Assembly: GCA_051313645.2 (NCBI GenBank)
Contig: JBNRSN020000001.1
Coordinates: 73,346,001 to 73,410,000, forward strand
Source of the DNA: Centroscyllium fabricii
Taxonomy: Eukaryota
Length of the DNA: 64,000 nucleotides
Reading direction: 5' to 3'
Part shown: piece after piece, positions 48,391 through 59,966 of the stretch
Numbering within the stretch: position 1 is the first letter of the stretch
How the letters are laid out: each line of letters opens with the position of its first letter
Translations under genes and position numbers: made by a program
The notes under the pieces: model-generated
Database searches by the model: none
The model's input: only the letters and a program-made list of their open reading frames with translations
What the model was told of the DNA's origin: nothing

Positions 48391-49288
48391 AAGGAGCAGA
48401 GTTTTGGATGACCTCACATTTATGGAGGATAGAACAGGGGAGGCCGGTTAGGAGTGCGTTGGAATAGTCAAGTCCAGAGGAAACATGGATGAGGGTTTCA
48501 GCAGCAGATGAGCTGAGGCAGGGGCGGAGTCGGGTGATGTTGCGGAGGTGGAAATAGGCGTTTTTAAAATTCGTTTATGAGATGTGGGTGTCGCTGGCAA
48601 GGCCAGCATTTATTACCCATTCTTAGTGATGTTGCAGATATGTGGTCGGAAGCTCATTTCGGGGTCAAATACAACACCGAGGTTGCAAAAAGTCTGGCTC
48701 AGCCTCAGACAATTGCCAGGGAGAGGGATGGAGTTGGTGGCTTGGGAATGGAGTTTGTGGTGGGGACTGAAGCCAATGGCTTTAGTCTGCCCAAGATTTT
48801 ATTGGAGCAAATTTCTGCTCATCCAAAAAGAGACAGCGGAGGGGGTCAAGAGAGGTGGTGCTGAGGTACAGCTGGGTGTTGTGGCCAAAATTAAAACATG
48901 CCCCTTTTCGTAGAATGCAAGTGTCTTTATAGATAATACTCAGTCGTGTGATATCCTGGGCTGGTTTTAATCGCCTGAGGGGGTCAGACAGTAATTTTAC
49001 AGAATACTTTTCCCTTATTGGCCCTGGGTTTTTTCTGTTCTTTTGCCTCTGGAAGGAGGTTGCGCAGCGGAGTTGTGAGGCGGGGGTGGAAAGGACCTTG
49101 ATCGGGTGGATGCGGTGAGGATGTTTCCACTGATGGGTGAGACTAGAACTAGGGGGCATCATCTGAGAATAAGGGGCTGCCCTTTCAAAACTGAGATGAG
49201 GAGAAACTTCTTCACTCAGAGGGCAGTAAATCTATGGAATTTGCTACCTCAGAGAGCTGTGGAAGCTGCGACAATACATAAATTTAAA

Positions 49289-51410
49289 ACATAGAAACAT
49301 AAAAACATGGAAGATAGGAGCAGGAGTGGGTCATTCGGCCCCTCGAGCCTGCTCCGCCATTCAATGAGATCATGGCTGATCACCCAAATTCAGTACCCCG
49401 TCCCTGCCTTCTCCCCATATCCCTTGATCCCTCTAGCCTTAAGAAATACATCCAGCTCCTTCTTGAATATATTCAATGAACTAGCCTCCACCGCCCTCTG
49501 TGGCAGAGAATTCCACAGGTTCACCACTCTCTGGGTGAAGAAATTCATCTCTGTCCTAAATGAGTTACCCTTTATCCTTAGACTATGACCCCTGGTTCTC
49601 GACTCTCCGACCATCGGGAACATTCTTCCTGCATCAAGTTTATCGAGATCAGTTAGAATTTTATACGTTTTGATGAGATCCCCTCTCAATCTTCTAAACT
49701 CCAGAGAGTACAAACCCAGTCTACCCAGTCTCTCCTCATAAGTCATTCCTGCCATCCCAGGTATCAGCCTGGTGACTCTTCTCTGCACTCCCTCCATGGC
49801 AAGAACGTCCTTCCTTAGATAAGGAGACCAAAATTGCACACAGTACTCAAGGTGTGGTCTCACCAAGGCCCTGTACAACTGCAGCAAGACCTCCCTGTTC
49901 CTGTACTCGAACCCTTTCGCTATGAAGGCCAACATACCATTTGCCTTCTTGATCGCCTGCTGCACCTGCATGCTCACCTTCAGTGACTGGTGCACAAGGA
50001 CACCCAGGTCCAGTTGTACTTCCCCTTCTCCCAATCTATTGCCATTCAGATAATAGTCGGCATTTCTGTTTTTGCCCCCAAAGTGGATAACCTCGCCTTT
50101 ATCCACATTATACTGCATCTGCCATGTCTCAGCCCACTCGCCCAACCTGTCCAAATCATCCTGGAGCTTCCTGGTATCTTCCTCGCAGCACACACGCCCT
50201 CCCAGCTTTGTGTCATCTGCAAACTTGGAGACATTACATTTAGTTCCCTTTTCTAAATCATTAATGTATATTGTGAATAGCTGGGGTCCCAGGACCGATC
50301 GCTGCGGTACCCCACTAGTCACTGCCTGCCACTCGGAAAGAGACCAATTCTCAATCCAAGTCAATACCTTGCCCCCAATCCCATGTGCCCTAACTTTATA
50401 TGCTAATCTCTTGTGCGGGACCTTGTTGAACGCCTTCTGAAAGTCTAAGTACACCACATCCACTGGTTCTCCCTGATCAATTTTCCCAGTTACATCCTCA
50501 AAAAATTCCAGTAGATTAGTCAAGCACGATTCACCTTTTGTAAATCCATGTTGACTTTGTCCGATCCTGCCACTGATTTTCAAGTGCTCAGCTATTACAT
50601 CCTTTATTATGGACTCCAGCATCTTCCCCACTACTGAGGTCAGGCTTACTGGTCTGTAATTTCCCGCTTTCTCCCTACCACCCTTTTTGAATAGTGGGGT
50701 AACATTAGCCACCCTCCAATCCATGGGTACAATTCCAGATTCCATCGATTGCTGGAAGATAATCAGTAATGCATCCACTATTTCTAGGGCCACTTCCTTA
50801 AGTACCCTAGGATGTAGATTATCAGGCCCCGGGGATTTATCAGCCTTTAATCCCATCAATTTCCCGAACACCATTTCCCTGCAAATACGGATTTCTTTCA
50901 GTTCCTCCCTTTCATCAAACCTTATGCTCCCCAGTATCTCTGGGAGATTACTTGTGTCCTCCTTTGTGAAGACAGAACCAAAATATGCATTTAATTGGTC
51001 TGCCATTTCTTTGTTCCCCGTTATCACTTCCCCTGCTTCTGACTGTAAGGGACCTACACTTGATTTCACTAATCTTTTTCTCTTCACATATCTATAAAAG
51101 CTCACAGTCAGTTTGTATATTCCCTGCAAGCTTGCTTTCATATTCTATTTTCCCCTTCTTAATTAATCCCTTTGTCCTCCTTTGTTGAATCCTAAACTGT
51201 TGCCAATCCTCAGGGTTACCGCTTTTTTTGGCCAGTTTATACGCCCTTTCCTTTGATCTTATGCTATCCCTAATTTCTCTCGGCAGCCACGGTTGCGTTA
51301 CCCTTTTTGTTTTATTCTTGTGCCACACTGTGATGAACAACTTCTGTAGTTCATCCATGCAGCCTTTGAATATTTACCATTGCCTATTTACTGTCAACCC
51401 TTTGAGTGAC
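49289..51410 (-). mobile_element. 5'-truncated CR1 LINE with a 583-aa RT ORF
   Basis: ORF 49390-51141 with RT motifs and a small in-frame deletion; nested within another CR1 3' fragment (49105-51595). Confidence 0.95.
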
Positions 51411-51848
51411 AACCCTTTGAGTAAAACGGAGATAGACAGTTTCCGAGCTGATAAGGGAATAAGGGGTTACGGGGAGCGGGCAGGGAAGTGGACGTGAGTC
51501 TAAGTTCGGATCAGCCATGATCCTATTGAATGGCGGAGCAGGCCCGAGGGGCCGTATGGCCGACTCCTGCTCCAACTTCTTATGTTCTTATGTTCAGCTC
51601 TGACGCTCCAGCCATGGTGATGTGGGGCAGGCTTGAAGGACAAGCTAGTCTTTTCCTGCCTGTCATTTTTCTAAGTTTGTATTACAGTTTTAACGAACAG
51701 GTTTTACAAGTTAGTTTGTCTACTTATTATATGAAACTAAATTAGCTCAGTCTATTATAACTCGGGTTCTAATTGTAACCTATTGCTCATGCTGGTTTTG
51801 ACCACTGAGCGCAGATTTAAAAGTCACTCAAATCTGCCTCTCTCTGAC

Positions 51849-52030
51849 CTGTCTTCCACAGCTGTTGCTCCAAGCAAATCCATGTCCCTTTCAACCACAT
51901 CGTAAGCTTCAGCAAGCTTCCTGTCCCGTTCCTGGAGGGCTAGCTTCGCATTCTGAAGGAGTGTGTGAACATCATGGTATTCTTCACTGCTAAGGACTTT
52001 GTAAGCCACACATAATGTTCGCAGCCCCTC
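51849..52030 (-). CDS. ATP11A: ATP11A internal exon (182 bp), EGLRTLCVAYK...LLGATAVED(R)
   Basis: GLRTL and LLGATAVEDRLQ motifs; ttcag acceptor and gtcaga donor; phase 0 to 2. Confidence 0.95.
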
Positions 52031-52207
52031 CTGAAATTGATAAAACTGTAGTCAACACCAGAATAATTCTGTTGGCAACCATGGTGAGAGGCTTCTTCGA
52101 CCGCACCTCCCAAACCCGCGACCTCTACCACCTGGAAGGGTAAGGGCAGCAGGCGCATGGGAACACCATCACCTCCAAGTCACACACCATCTGATTTAGA
52201 AATCTAT

Positions 52208-55200
52208 CGTCGTGGATATCACGTTTAATCAGTTGGTCACACCGCAGGTAAAGGCTGTACAAGCAGAAAGGGAATGGGTGACCACCAGGCAGAGTAGTAG
52301 GCGCAGCCAGGTAGTGCAGGGATCCCCTGTGGCCATCCCCCTCTCAAACAGACATACCACTTTGGATATTGTTGAGGGAGATGGCTTATCGGGGGAAGGC
52401 AGCAGCAGCCAGCTTCCTGGCACCAGGGGTGGTTCTGCTGCACAGGACGGGAGGAAAAAGAGCGGGAGAGCTATAGTGATAGGGGATTCTATTATAGGGG
52501 GAACAGATGAGCGTTTCTGCAGCCGCAAACAAGACTCCAGGATGGTATGGTGCCTCCCTATTGCAAGTGTTAAAGATGTCTCGCAGCGGCTGCAGGGCAT
52601 TCTGGAGGGGGAGGGTGAACAGCCAGTTGTCGTGGTGCATACAGGTACCAATGATATTGGTAAAATCTGGGATGAGGTCCTAAAAGCTGAATATAGGAAG
52701 TTAGGAGGTAAATTAAAAAATAGGACCTCAAAGGTAGTAATCTCAGGATTGCGACCAGTGCCACGTGCTAGTCAGAGTAGAAATAGAAGGATATTTCAGA
52801 TGAATACGTGGCTCGAGGAATGGTGCATGGGGGAGGGATTCAAATTCCTGGGACATTGGAACCGGTTCTGGGGGAGGTGGGACCAGTACAAACTGGATGG
52901 TTTACACCTGGGCAGGACCAGGACCAATGTCCGAAGGGAAGTGTTTTCTAGTGCTGTTGGGGAGGTTTTAAACTAAAATGGCGAGGGATTGGGAACCTGT
53001 GCAGGGAGACAGAGGAAAGGGAAGCAAGGATAGAAGCAAAAGACAGGAAGGAGAAAAGCAAAAGTGGCAGTCAGAGAAATCAAGGGTTTAAATCAAACAT
53101 GGCCACAGTAAATAATAATTCTAAAACGTCTAAGAGTGTTTAAAAAACAAGCCTGAAGGCTTTGTGTCTTAATGCGAGGAGCATTCTTAATAAGGTGTAT
53201 CAATTAGCTGCGTAAATAGATGTAAACAGATATGATATAATTGGAATTACAGAGACATGGCTACAGGGTGACCAAGGCTGGGAATTCAACATCCAGGGGT
53301 ATTCAATATTCAGGAAAGACAGGCAAAAAGGAAAAGGAGGTAGGGTAGCATTGCTGGCTAAAGAGGAGATTAACACAATAGTAAGGAAGGATATTAGCTC
53401 TGATGGTGTGGAATCTGTATGGGTAGAGCTGAGAAATACCATGGGGCAGAAAATGTTCATGGGATTTGTATACAGACTACCAAACAGTAATGCTGTGGTT
53501 GGGGATGGCATTAAAAGGGTAATTAGAGACGCGTGCAATAAGGGCACAGCAGTTACCATGGGCGACGTTAATCTACATACTAATTTGGTTACCCCAATCT
53601 GTAACAATACTACGGAGGAGGAATCCCTAGAGTGTATACAGGATGGTTTCCTGGACCAATATGTCGAGGAACCAACTAGAGATCAGGCCAGCTTAGACTG
53701 GGTATTATGTAATAAGAAAGGATTAATTAGCAATCTTGTGCGAGGCCTCTTGGGGCGGAGCGATCATAATATGATCGAATTCTTCATTAGGATGGAGAGT
53801 GAAGTATTTGACTCAGAGACTAAAGTCCTGAATTTAAATAAAGGAAACTATATTGGTATGAGGCGCGAGTTGGCTAGGATGGATTGGTGAATGTTACTTA
53901 AAGGGTTGATGGTGGATAGGCAATTGCAAACATTTAAAGATTGCATGGATGAACTACAGAATTTGTTCATCCCAGTTTGGCATAAAAAAACAAAAATGGT
54001 GACCCAACCGTGGCTAACAAGGGAAATTAGGGATAGCATAAGATCCAAAGAGAGGACACATAAATTGGCCAGAAAAAGCAGCAAACCTGAGGATTGGGAG
54101 CAGTTTAAGATTTAGCAAAGGAGGACAAAGGGATTAATTAAGACGGGGGAAATAGATTGAGAGAGTAGGCTTGCAGGGAACATCAAAACTGACTGTAAAA
54201 GCTTCTACAGATATGTGAAGAGAAAAAGATTGGAGAAGTCAAGTGTCGGTCCCTTGCAGACAGAATCAGGGGAATTTATAATGGGGAACAAAGAAATGGC
54301 AGACCAATTAAATGCATACTTTGGTTCTGTCTTCACAAAAGAGGACACAAATAACCTCCCAGAGATGTCAGGGAACATAAGGTCCAATGAGAGGGAGGAA
54401 CTGAATTAAATCAGTATTTGCAGGGAAGTGGTGTTAGGGAAATTGATGGGAAATTGACGGGATTGAAGGCCAATAAATCCCCAGGACCTGATAATCTACA
54501 TCCTAGGGTACTTAAGGAAGTGGCCCTAGAAATAGTAGATGCATTGCTGGTCATCTTCCAAAATTCTATAGACTCTGGAACAGTTCCCATGGATTGGAGG
54601 GTAGCTAATGTTACCCCACTATTCAAAAAAGGTGGTAGAGAGAAAACGGGGAATTATAGACCGGTAAGCCTGACATCGGTAGTGGGGAAAATGCTAGAGT
54701 CCATTATAAAAGATGCAATAGCAGAGCACTTGGAAAGCAGTGACAGGATCGGACAAAGTCAACATGGATTTACAAAAGATTAATCGTGCTGGACTAATCT
54801 ACTGGAATTTTTTGAGGGTGTAACTGGTAGAATAGATTAGGGAGAACCAGTGGATGTGATGTATTTGGACTTTCGGAAGGCTGTCGATAAGGTCCCGCCT
54901 AAGAGATTAGCGTGTAAAGTTAAGACACATGGGATTGGGGATAAGGTACTGACTTGGATAGAGAACTGGTTGGCAGACAGGAAGCAAAGAGTTGGAATAA
55001 ACGGGTCTTTTTCTGAGTGGCAGACAGTGACTAGTGGGGTAACGCAGGGATCGGTGCTAGGACCCCAGGTTTTCACAATATATATTAATGATCTAGACGA
55101 GGGAACTAGATGGAATATCTCCAAGTTTGCAGATGACACAAAGCTGGGTGGGCGTGTGTGCTGTGAGGAGGATGCAGAGAAACTCCAGTATGATTTGGAC

Positions 55201-56048
55201 AGTTTGGCTGATTGGGCAGTGCAGTATAATGTGGATAAATGCGAGTTTATCCACTTCGGTGGCAAAAACAGGAAGGCGGATTATTATCTGATTGCACTTC
55301 CCCTTCTCCCAATTTATTGCCAATGAGACCCGGGTGTCCTTGTGCACCAGTCGCTGAAGGTAAGCATGCAGGTGCAGCAGGCGGTTAAGAAGGCAAATGG
55401 TATGTTGGCCTTCGTAGTGAGAGGGTTCGAGTACAGGAACAAGGATGTCTTGCTGCAGTTGTACAGGGCCTTGGTGAGACCACACCTTGAGTATTGTGCG
55501 CAGTTTTGGTCGCCTTATCTGAGGAAGGATGTTCTTGCCATGGAGGGAGTGCAGCGAAGATTCACCAGGCTGATACCTGGGATGGCAGGAATGACGCATG
55601 AAAAGAGATTGGGTCGACTGGGCTTATATATTCACTGAGTTTAGAAAAATGAGAGGGTATCTCATTGAAACTTATAAAATTCTAACAGGACTGGACAGAC
55701 TAGATGCAGGAAAGATGTTCCCGATGGTGGGGGAGGCCAGAACCAGGGGTCATAGTTTAAGGATAAGGGGTAAGCCATTTAGGACAGAGATGAGGAGGAA
55801 TTTCTTCACCCAGGGAGTGGTGAACCTGTGGAATTTTCTACCACAGAAGGTAGTTGAGGCCAATTCATTAAATATATTCAAGAAGGAGTTGGATATATTT
55901 CTTAAGGCTAAAGGGATCAAGGGTGATGGGGACAAAGCAGGGGCAGGGTAATTAATTTGGATGATCAGCCACGATCTCATTAAATGGTGGAGCAGGCTCG
56001 AGGGGCTGAATGGCCGACTCCTGCTCCTATCTTCGATGTTTTTATGTT
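52208..56048 (+). mobile_element. Long CR1 LINE (HER1-like): partial ORF1 (SGNH esterase) and disrupted ORF2 (APE plus RT)
   Basis: IVIGDS and HTGTND esterase motifs; ITETWL and SDH endonuclease motifs; NYRPVSLTS, QGSVLGP and FADD RT motifs; many stops; CR1 3' tail. Confidence 0.95.
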
Positions 56049-56621
56049 CCTTCATCGTCGCTGGGTCAAACTCCTGGAACTCCCTCCCTAACAGCACTGT
56101 GGGAGCACCTTCACCACACGGACTGCAGCTGTTCAAGAAGGCGACTCAGCAGCACCTTCTCCAGGGATGGGCAATAAATGCTGGCCTTGCCAGCGATGCC
56201 CACATCCCGTGAATGAATGATCGATCCAAGGCCGGTATCCATTATTGATCCGAGGAGGGGCCCACCCACTTTGTCTCAAGATTAAAAACATTCCATTGGA
56301 GATTTTAAAAGTACTCGGGCGGCAAATGGTGAGCCTGTCTCTCCATTCAAATGAGTCTCTGGTAGCGTGGAGATGGAATAAGTGAAGAATTAATATTGTG
56401 ATAGAAGACACAAGGACAGCCAGCAGGACAGAGAGAGTTGGGCCACAGGTTTCCACACCTTGAACTTCTGTTGACAGTCATGCTGCCCGGAGAGGGCTGG
56501 AGCTGATTCCCAATAAGGAGCGAGCTAAAGACGGAATGAGTGTTGTCCAGGTACACTCTTGGGTTCCTCAAGCACCAGTGACCAAAGTCTGGCATCCCCT
56601 TGGTCTGGGAATAAATCCCAG

Positions 56622-57228
56622 GGGGGAAAAATTCAGTGGCTTGCGCCAGCCGTTAGCGCCCTAAGAGGGCTGCTAACGGGGCGCAAGCCTGGGCTGGCGC
56701 CTCCCGCCATATTCAGTGGAGCGCTGGCGTGTGCGGTAGCCGGTAGGGGATGACGTCATCGGAGTGTGCGGCGCCCCGCTCGCGCCCAGGGCGCGAAATT
56801 GAGTCGCGCCTGCTGCCGTACCGCCGGACGTTGCCCACGACCGCTTCAGGCTGGCGTACTTGCAGCAGGGGAGCGCCGCTTAAAAGGGAAGGGTGGCGGG
56901 CGGCCATTTTTCTTGCTGGTCGACTGCCAGCACCGTCCCCCTCCGCCGTCCCCCGGTCTCCCCCGCGGAGTGCTGCCTCTGCTCCGTGAGCCCGGCACTT
57001 CCCTCGCTCCGGCCGGAACCGCGCTAGGCCACACCCCTTTAATCAGGGGAGGAAGGCCTGCAGTACCGCGGCGCAGCACTCTGTGTAGCGTGGCGCTTCA
57101 GCCCACAGCGCCGGATATTCAGTTGTCGCGCCTAAAGAACGAGGTCAGGCAGCCCGCAGCAGCGCCCGACCTCCTACTTCGGGTGCTACAACCGAATATC
57201 CCGAGGAACGGCACCGAATATTTACCCC
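56622..57228. mobile_element. Harbinger-type MITE
   Basis: Imperfect TIRs GGGGGAAAAATTC and GAATATTTACCCC (11/13 match), 3-bp TSD CAG, GC-rich non-coding interior. Confidence 0.7.
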
Positions 57229-57323
57229 CAGGAGCCTAAACAGATACATGGAAAACCAGATTCTGTCAGAGTACAAATGTCTGGACCCTGTGAGGATGTC
57301 ACCATTTCAGTACAACACCATCG

Positions 57324-57718
57324 ATAGAAACATAGAAACTTGGAGCAGGAGTAGGCCATTCGGCCCTTCGAGCCTGCTCCGCCATTCAATGAGATCATGG
57401 CTGATCATCCAAACCCAGCACCCCGCCCCTGCCCTCCCCCCATATCCCTATCGAGCCTGGCACCGACACATATCCCACCCTATCCCCGTAACCCCACATA
57501 TTCAATCCCCCTAACACTAAGGGTCAATTTATCCTGGCCAATCAACCTAACCCGCACATCTTTGGACTGTGGGAGGAAACCGGAGCACCCGGAGGAAACC
57601 CACGCAGACACGGGGAGAATGTGCAAACTCCACACAGATAGCACCCGAGGCTGGATTTGAACCCGGGTCTCCAGTGCTGTGAGACAGCAGTGCTAACCAC
57701 TGTGCCACCGTGCCGCCC
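57324..57718 (-). mobile_element. HE1-like V-SINE
   Basis: Full structure, reverse strand. Confidence 0.88.
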
Positions 57719-57887
57719 CTGATCAACAAATCCTGCAGAGACAGAGTTGCATCAATCACTAATCCTTTCCTTCAATATCCACTATTCAAGTCTATGGAAT
57801 AACTTGAAGGTTTATGGCAGTGTAAACCTGCGGACATTAGGAACCATAAAAGATTCGTCAGAATCATCCAAAACTGCTGTGACGTAC

Positions 57888-57991
57888 CATTGCATTCTGC
57901 TGCACTCGCTGGCGAACCAGCTCCAGCCTCCCCTCCTTCACCCTGGGGAAAATGGATGAATCAGCACCTTTACAGAACAGGATTATATCCC
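57888..57991 (-). CDS. ATP11A: ATP11A internal exon (104 bp), (G)[34 protein letters not shown]
   Basis: KGAD ATP-binding motif, flanked by CAG and GTACGT; phase 1 to 0. Not present in the ORF track. Confidence 0.93.
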
Positions 57992-58214
57992 CTGTTTAAC
58001 AAAGAGAAGGGTGCATGTTATTGAAATATTTGAAGACTATTTTAGAAGCATATGGACATAGCTAATTGACGACAGTCCATGTATGAGCAGCTTGACAGGA
58101 GTGCTGACCCTGCACTGGGAGCACAGCTCAGCAACAGAAATCACTTATGGTTTTCCGCAGAATGGCCCAAACGTTATATCTTTGCCTTTCTGAACTGGTC
58201 ACATGCACCCGCCC

Positions 58215-58930
58215 ACACTGGATCCAAACCCGCTCGTACGTGCCCGCCTACATGTACCGGATCCAATCCCACACGCGCCAGCCCTCACAGGATCCAACCC
58301 TGTTTGCCCACCCTCCCACTGGATCCAATCCCGCTCGTGTGTACACGCACCGGATCCAATCCCGCACGCCCACACCAGATCCAATCCTGCTCACCCGTAC
58401 CGGATCGGATCCAATCACGCCCATGCACGGTTGCCTGCACGTACCGGATCCAATCCTGCCCGCCCACACCGGATCCAATCCCGCCCGTGCATGGTTGCCT
58501 GCACATACCGGATCCAATCACGCTCGTACGCGCCCACCCACCCACACCGGATTCAAACCTGCGCGCCTGCACTGGATTCAATCATGCTCGTGTGCGCCCA
58601 CCCACCCACACCGGATTCAATCCCGCGCGCCGGCACCGGATCAAATCCTGCTCCTGCGCGCCCACACGCACCGGATCCAATGCCACTCGCCCGTACCGGA
58701 TCCAATCCTGCTCGCCCGTACCGGATCAAATCCAATCCCACCCGTGTGTGGCCGCCTACACGTACCAGATCCAATCCCGCTCGCCCACACACACAGATCA
58801 GATCCAATCCCACGCGCGCATGCCCGCCCATACCAGATCCAATCCCGCCTGCCCGCCCAGGTCCTATCCCATGCACCCGCTCGCACCGGATCCAATATCA
58901 CGTTCGCCCGCACTGGATCCAATCGCTCAC
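58215..58930. repeat. Degenerate 20-33 bp minisatellite with core CCGGATCCAATCC
   Basis: More than 20 recurrences of the core; abuts the exon donor. Confidence 0.9.
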
Positions 58931-59004
58931 CTGTATTGGATCTGACAATGACACTCATCCGGCGTCTCACGGAGTCAAAATTCAGTGTCTGGAGTAATTC
59001 ATAC
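58931..59004 (-). CDS. ATP11A: ATP11A internal exon (74 bp), (R)YELLQTLNFDSVRRRMSVIVRSNT(G), N-domain
   Basis: AG acceptor at 59005-59006 and GTGAGC donor at 58929-58930. Contains the P4-ATPase FDSxRRRMSV motif; phase matches the next exon. Confidence 0.93.
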
Positions 59005-59966
59005 CTTTAAAGAACGGAAATATGTAAATTTAACAGCAGTGTGCTTCCCAGTTCCTGACAGAGAATATATCTGCGTTTCCAGTTAATTTTGGAGCTCTAG
59101 ACTTATTTGTAAAAATAGTACTGAAAGCATCAGGATACATTCCGTGAATGGGCCCCTTAGAGCGCTATTACTATAAGGAGCTTCCACTTGTCCCCTTAGC
59201 AGAAAGGATTTGTGAGTGCAGCTGATTAGAAGTGAGGCAGGCAGTTAGTAAAGTGGCTCATTTTTTATAAACATGCTATTTTTGTTGTCAATTTTACAAA
59301 TCAAATTTGCTTTTAAGTACCTGAGTGCAATCATATAACTACCACCCATTGTACCAATACCCATAATATGTGCAATCCTGTCACGACTGTAAATACGCTG
59401 AATTCGTCATTAATACAAAACCCAGTCCATTAATAACAATCCTGCAAAGTTGACGGGAGATTCACTCGGACCATCTCTCTGTCCCCGACCGTCTGTCTCT
59501 CTCTCTGTTCCCGCTCTACCCATCCTTCACTTCCCCGCATTCTCGGCCTCTCCCTCTCAAAACTCAAAGCAGCTGCCAATCAAACAAAATATGAAAAACT
59601 GAACTGACAAGATGCTTGCATTTGAGCTCAATGGCTCGGTCCTTCTCTCAGATCTGTGCAGACTGTGCCATCTCCTCCGAGTGAACTTGGCTTTTAATCT
59701 CAGTCAGCATCACGACACAGTTTGATCACTTCCTGTCCCGAATTCCGGCCCTTTCCTTCTTGCTGCTGTTTTTTCATCCTTCAAACTGCGAAGCCCCAGA
59801 ATGGCAGCACTGTTCAACCAGTGGCCGGAGATGATCGTCCAACATCCCAGCACCCGACATTCCCCCGGCGTCCGTGGCAATCCCACTTCATTGCAACGAG
59901 CTGATTTTGCGTCAGCGAGCAAGGGCAGGACATGGTGACTGTCACCACCTTCATCTTCACCATGAC

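Larger units (their letters stand above)
47054..48800 (-). mobile_element. L2-type LINE 3' region containing a SINE and a minisatellite
   Basis: Translation resembles the L2 LHWLPV..ILIL.FKSLH..RAFS..P..WNS C-terminus; (GTT)n tail; relatives at 18990-20120 and 33505-33722. Confidence 0.7.

Noticed and set aside
58215-58930. CRISPR-like appearance of a recurring core with variable spacers
   Set aside because: The spacers are short and related to each other, the context is a vertebrate intron, and there are no cas genes.
58079-59010. Overlapping 264-288 aa ORFs on the plus strand
   Set aside because: By-products of a stop-poor minisatellite. The real coding exon is 58931-59004 on the minus strand.
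59710-59922. Minus-strand ORF as a candidate upstream ATP11A exon
   Set aside because: No convincing match to the expected GFTYL/RLKD segment and no suitable splice sites. That exon probably lies beyond the window.
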